Source: a virus (lineage: Duplodnaviria > Caudoviricetes). From it: DNA of 64,000 nt. The position numbers and the translations under genes are program-made. Every line of letters begins with the position of its first letter. Within the stretch, counting starts at the first letter, position 1. The notes below the pieces were generated by a model, which was not told the DNA's origin, made no database searches, and was given only the letters and a program-made list of their open reading frames with translations. Below are positions 62,633 to 64,000 of this stretch, one piece after another. The stretch covers positions 12,042 through 76,041 of the IMG/VR virus record IMGVR_UViG_3300043406_000028; one strand, given 5' to 3'.

Positions 62633-63196
62633 CTAGCCATTAACGGGCAGCGCGATTCGCAGGAACGCCCGCTGTACCGGCTGGTCGAAGATTATGCTTT
62701 CGTGGATGCAGTCGGGCGATAGCCAATAGCCCATGTTGGCGGGGAGCAATTCGCCAGCACCAAGGCGATCCGCGATGTGCGACAGATCGCCATCGTTGCG
62801 CGGCTCCGCATCGAACTCGCCCTGCCACGCTCTACAGCCAGTGACAGACGCCGCAACGATGACCGACATGCGGGCGACTGGCAGATTGTTGCAGTAGTGC
62901 GCCCAGCCGGGAGCGGGATGGCCCCACGTCTTCTTGGCGGGCATGAAGCATCCATCGACATGCGGCCTAGGACGCCGCTGCGACATTCCGGCCCCGACCA
63001 CCTTTTCATCGACGGTCATGTGAGCAATGCCGCTGGAGGCCCCCGCAGCACGGCAAAGGGCCACCACCGGCTCAAGATAGTCCTCGAACCCCGCAGCCAT
63101 GATCGGGGCAGCTAGATCGAACGAGTGCATGTATTTCTGGCGGCCAGCGTAGGGAAGCGCGACGGGGCAGAGTTGGCGGTAGGTGCTGTGCAACAT
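62633..63196 (-). CDS. 2OG-Fe(II) dioxygenase-like protein
   Basis: RPHVDG (HxD) ... CIHES (distal His) ... R; GGAGA SD at ATG 63196. Confidence 0.6.
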   Translation of the reverse strand: MLHSTYRQLCPVALPYAGRQKYMHSFDLAAPIMAAGFEDYLEPVVALCRAAGASSGIAHMTVDEKVVGAGMSQRRPRPHVDGCFMPAKKTWGHPAPGWAHYCNNLPVARMSVIVAASVTGCRAWQGEFDAEPRNDGDLSHIADRLGAGELLPANMGYWLSPDCIHESIIFDQPVQRAFLRIALPVNG

Positions 63197-63471
63197 TTGA
63201 AATCTCCGTGAGTAAGCGGCCACGCATCGAAGGCGTCCTTTGCTGACAAGACGCGGTAGGTTTCATCGAATCGCCGCCTTGCCCGATCCTGCTCATCCGG
63301 TGGGACGCTCGGATGCGTGGCTGAGCGATGCTGTATGTCGAGATATTCCCGTTGTTCGTCGGTCATCAGCCGAACACCTTCTCGACCAGCCACGATGCGT
63401 TCCAAATAAAGAGCAGCGTCGCTGCGGTCACGGCCCACGAAAATGCGGTCATCTTGTTCTCCTTGCGGCGG

Positions 63472-63693
63472 TTAACGCTGGCGGCTCAAAAGGCAAAGCG
63501 CCTCATAAGCAAACTCAAGTCGCTGCCAAACCGTTGTTTCGAGCAGCGAGTTGCGACCGTCATGCTCACCGAAGCCGGGGCCGTGCATTATGGCCTCAAG
63601 CATTTCGCGGCGCTTTGTCTGCGATGCTCGTTTCCGCTTTAGCGCGGCTTCGGCTTGATCCTGTAGATATTCCTTGTGGGGGCTTTCACCCAT
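63472..63693 (-). CDS. hypothetical protein (MGESPHKEY...)
   Basis: GGAGA SD. Confidence 0.5.
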   Translation of the reverse strand: MGESPHKEYLQDQAEAALKRKRASQTKRREMLEAIMHGPGFGEHDGRNSLLETTVWQRLEFAYEALCLLSRQR

Positions 63694-63727
63694 TGCCGTT
63701 CTCCATGTCAGTGTGGGCGCAGTAACG

Positions 63728-63958
63728 TCACGAAAATAGGTTGCTGCAATCGACGCCTGCTTTCGCAAGCCGCTCGAACAGCACACCCATCGCCTCGTCC
63801 TTCTGGCGCAGCGCAGTGGCCAGTCTTTCGCGGCCCTCGCGCTCACTGCAAACCTCGCGCCTCAGCTGAATTATCTCAGCGTCTTGCTCGATGGCGCGGG
63901 CTTGTAGCCACTCCCGCGTGACGTTCGAGAAGTTTCGATTGGCACCTATTGCTGTCAT
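63728..63958 (-). CDS. coiled-coil hypothetical protein
   Basis: 76 aa; AAGG SD. Confidence 0.55.
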   Translation of the reverse strand: MTAIGANRNFSNVTREWLQARAIEQDAEIIQLRREVCSEREGRERLATALRQKDEAMGVLFERLAKAGVDCSNLFS

Positions 63959-64000
63959 GTTCTTTTGCCCTTATGGAAATGTAACGTCACGCTAGGGCTT

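Overview
This window is most of a tailed dsDNA phage genome (podovirus-like layout, GC about 55%), with no host chromosomal flank visible. The likely host is an alphaproteobacterium (Rhizobiales-like), based on a GcrA homologue and a tRNA-His that lacks G-1 and has A73. Layout: (i) 1-1900, small ORFs and a palindrome-rich intergenic/operator region; (ii) 1903-10886 (minus), an operon encoding a pseudaminic/nonulosonic-acid-type sugar pathway (PseB, DegT/PseC-like, GNAT/PseH-like, NeuB/PseI, SpsF cytidylyltransferase fused to a class III aminotransferase, Gfo/Idh/MocA, methyltransferase, RmlD-like reductase); (iii) 10983-46270 (plus), terminase, portal, GroES-like, scaffold, capsid, Ser/Thr-rich virion proteins, tail, ejection proteins and lysis genes; (iv) 46250-55460, early/regulatory genes (SPFH, ParB-like, Cro-like, GcrA, DnaA-C-like, RusA); (v) 55462-59507 (minus), an array of 32 tRNAs covering all 20 amino acids, plus candidate ncRNAs and embedded ORFs; (vi) 59877-64000, an exported cell-wall-enzyme cassette and small early ORFs. 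The best candidate for an undescribed system is the nonulosonate pathway together with a CstII/Maf-like sialyltransferase-fold gene (24948-25907) inside the virion module, next to Ser/Thr-rich structural proteins. This suggests a phage that coats its virion with a sialic-acid-like sugar (inference). Other notable signals are a -1 frameshift site with a candidate pseudoknot, a shared (F/Y)AxGG peptide tag, an ejected kinase-like plus ART-like protein, and covarying non-canonical tRNA T-loops. Family assignments come from motif recognition by eye and memory; no searches were run.
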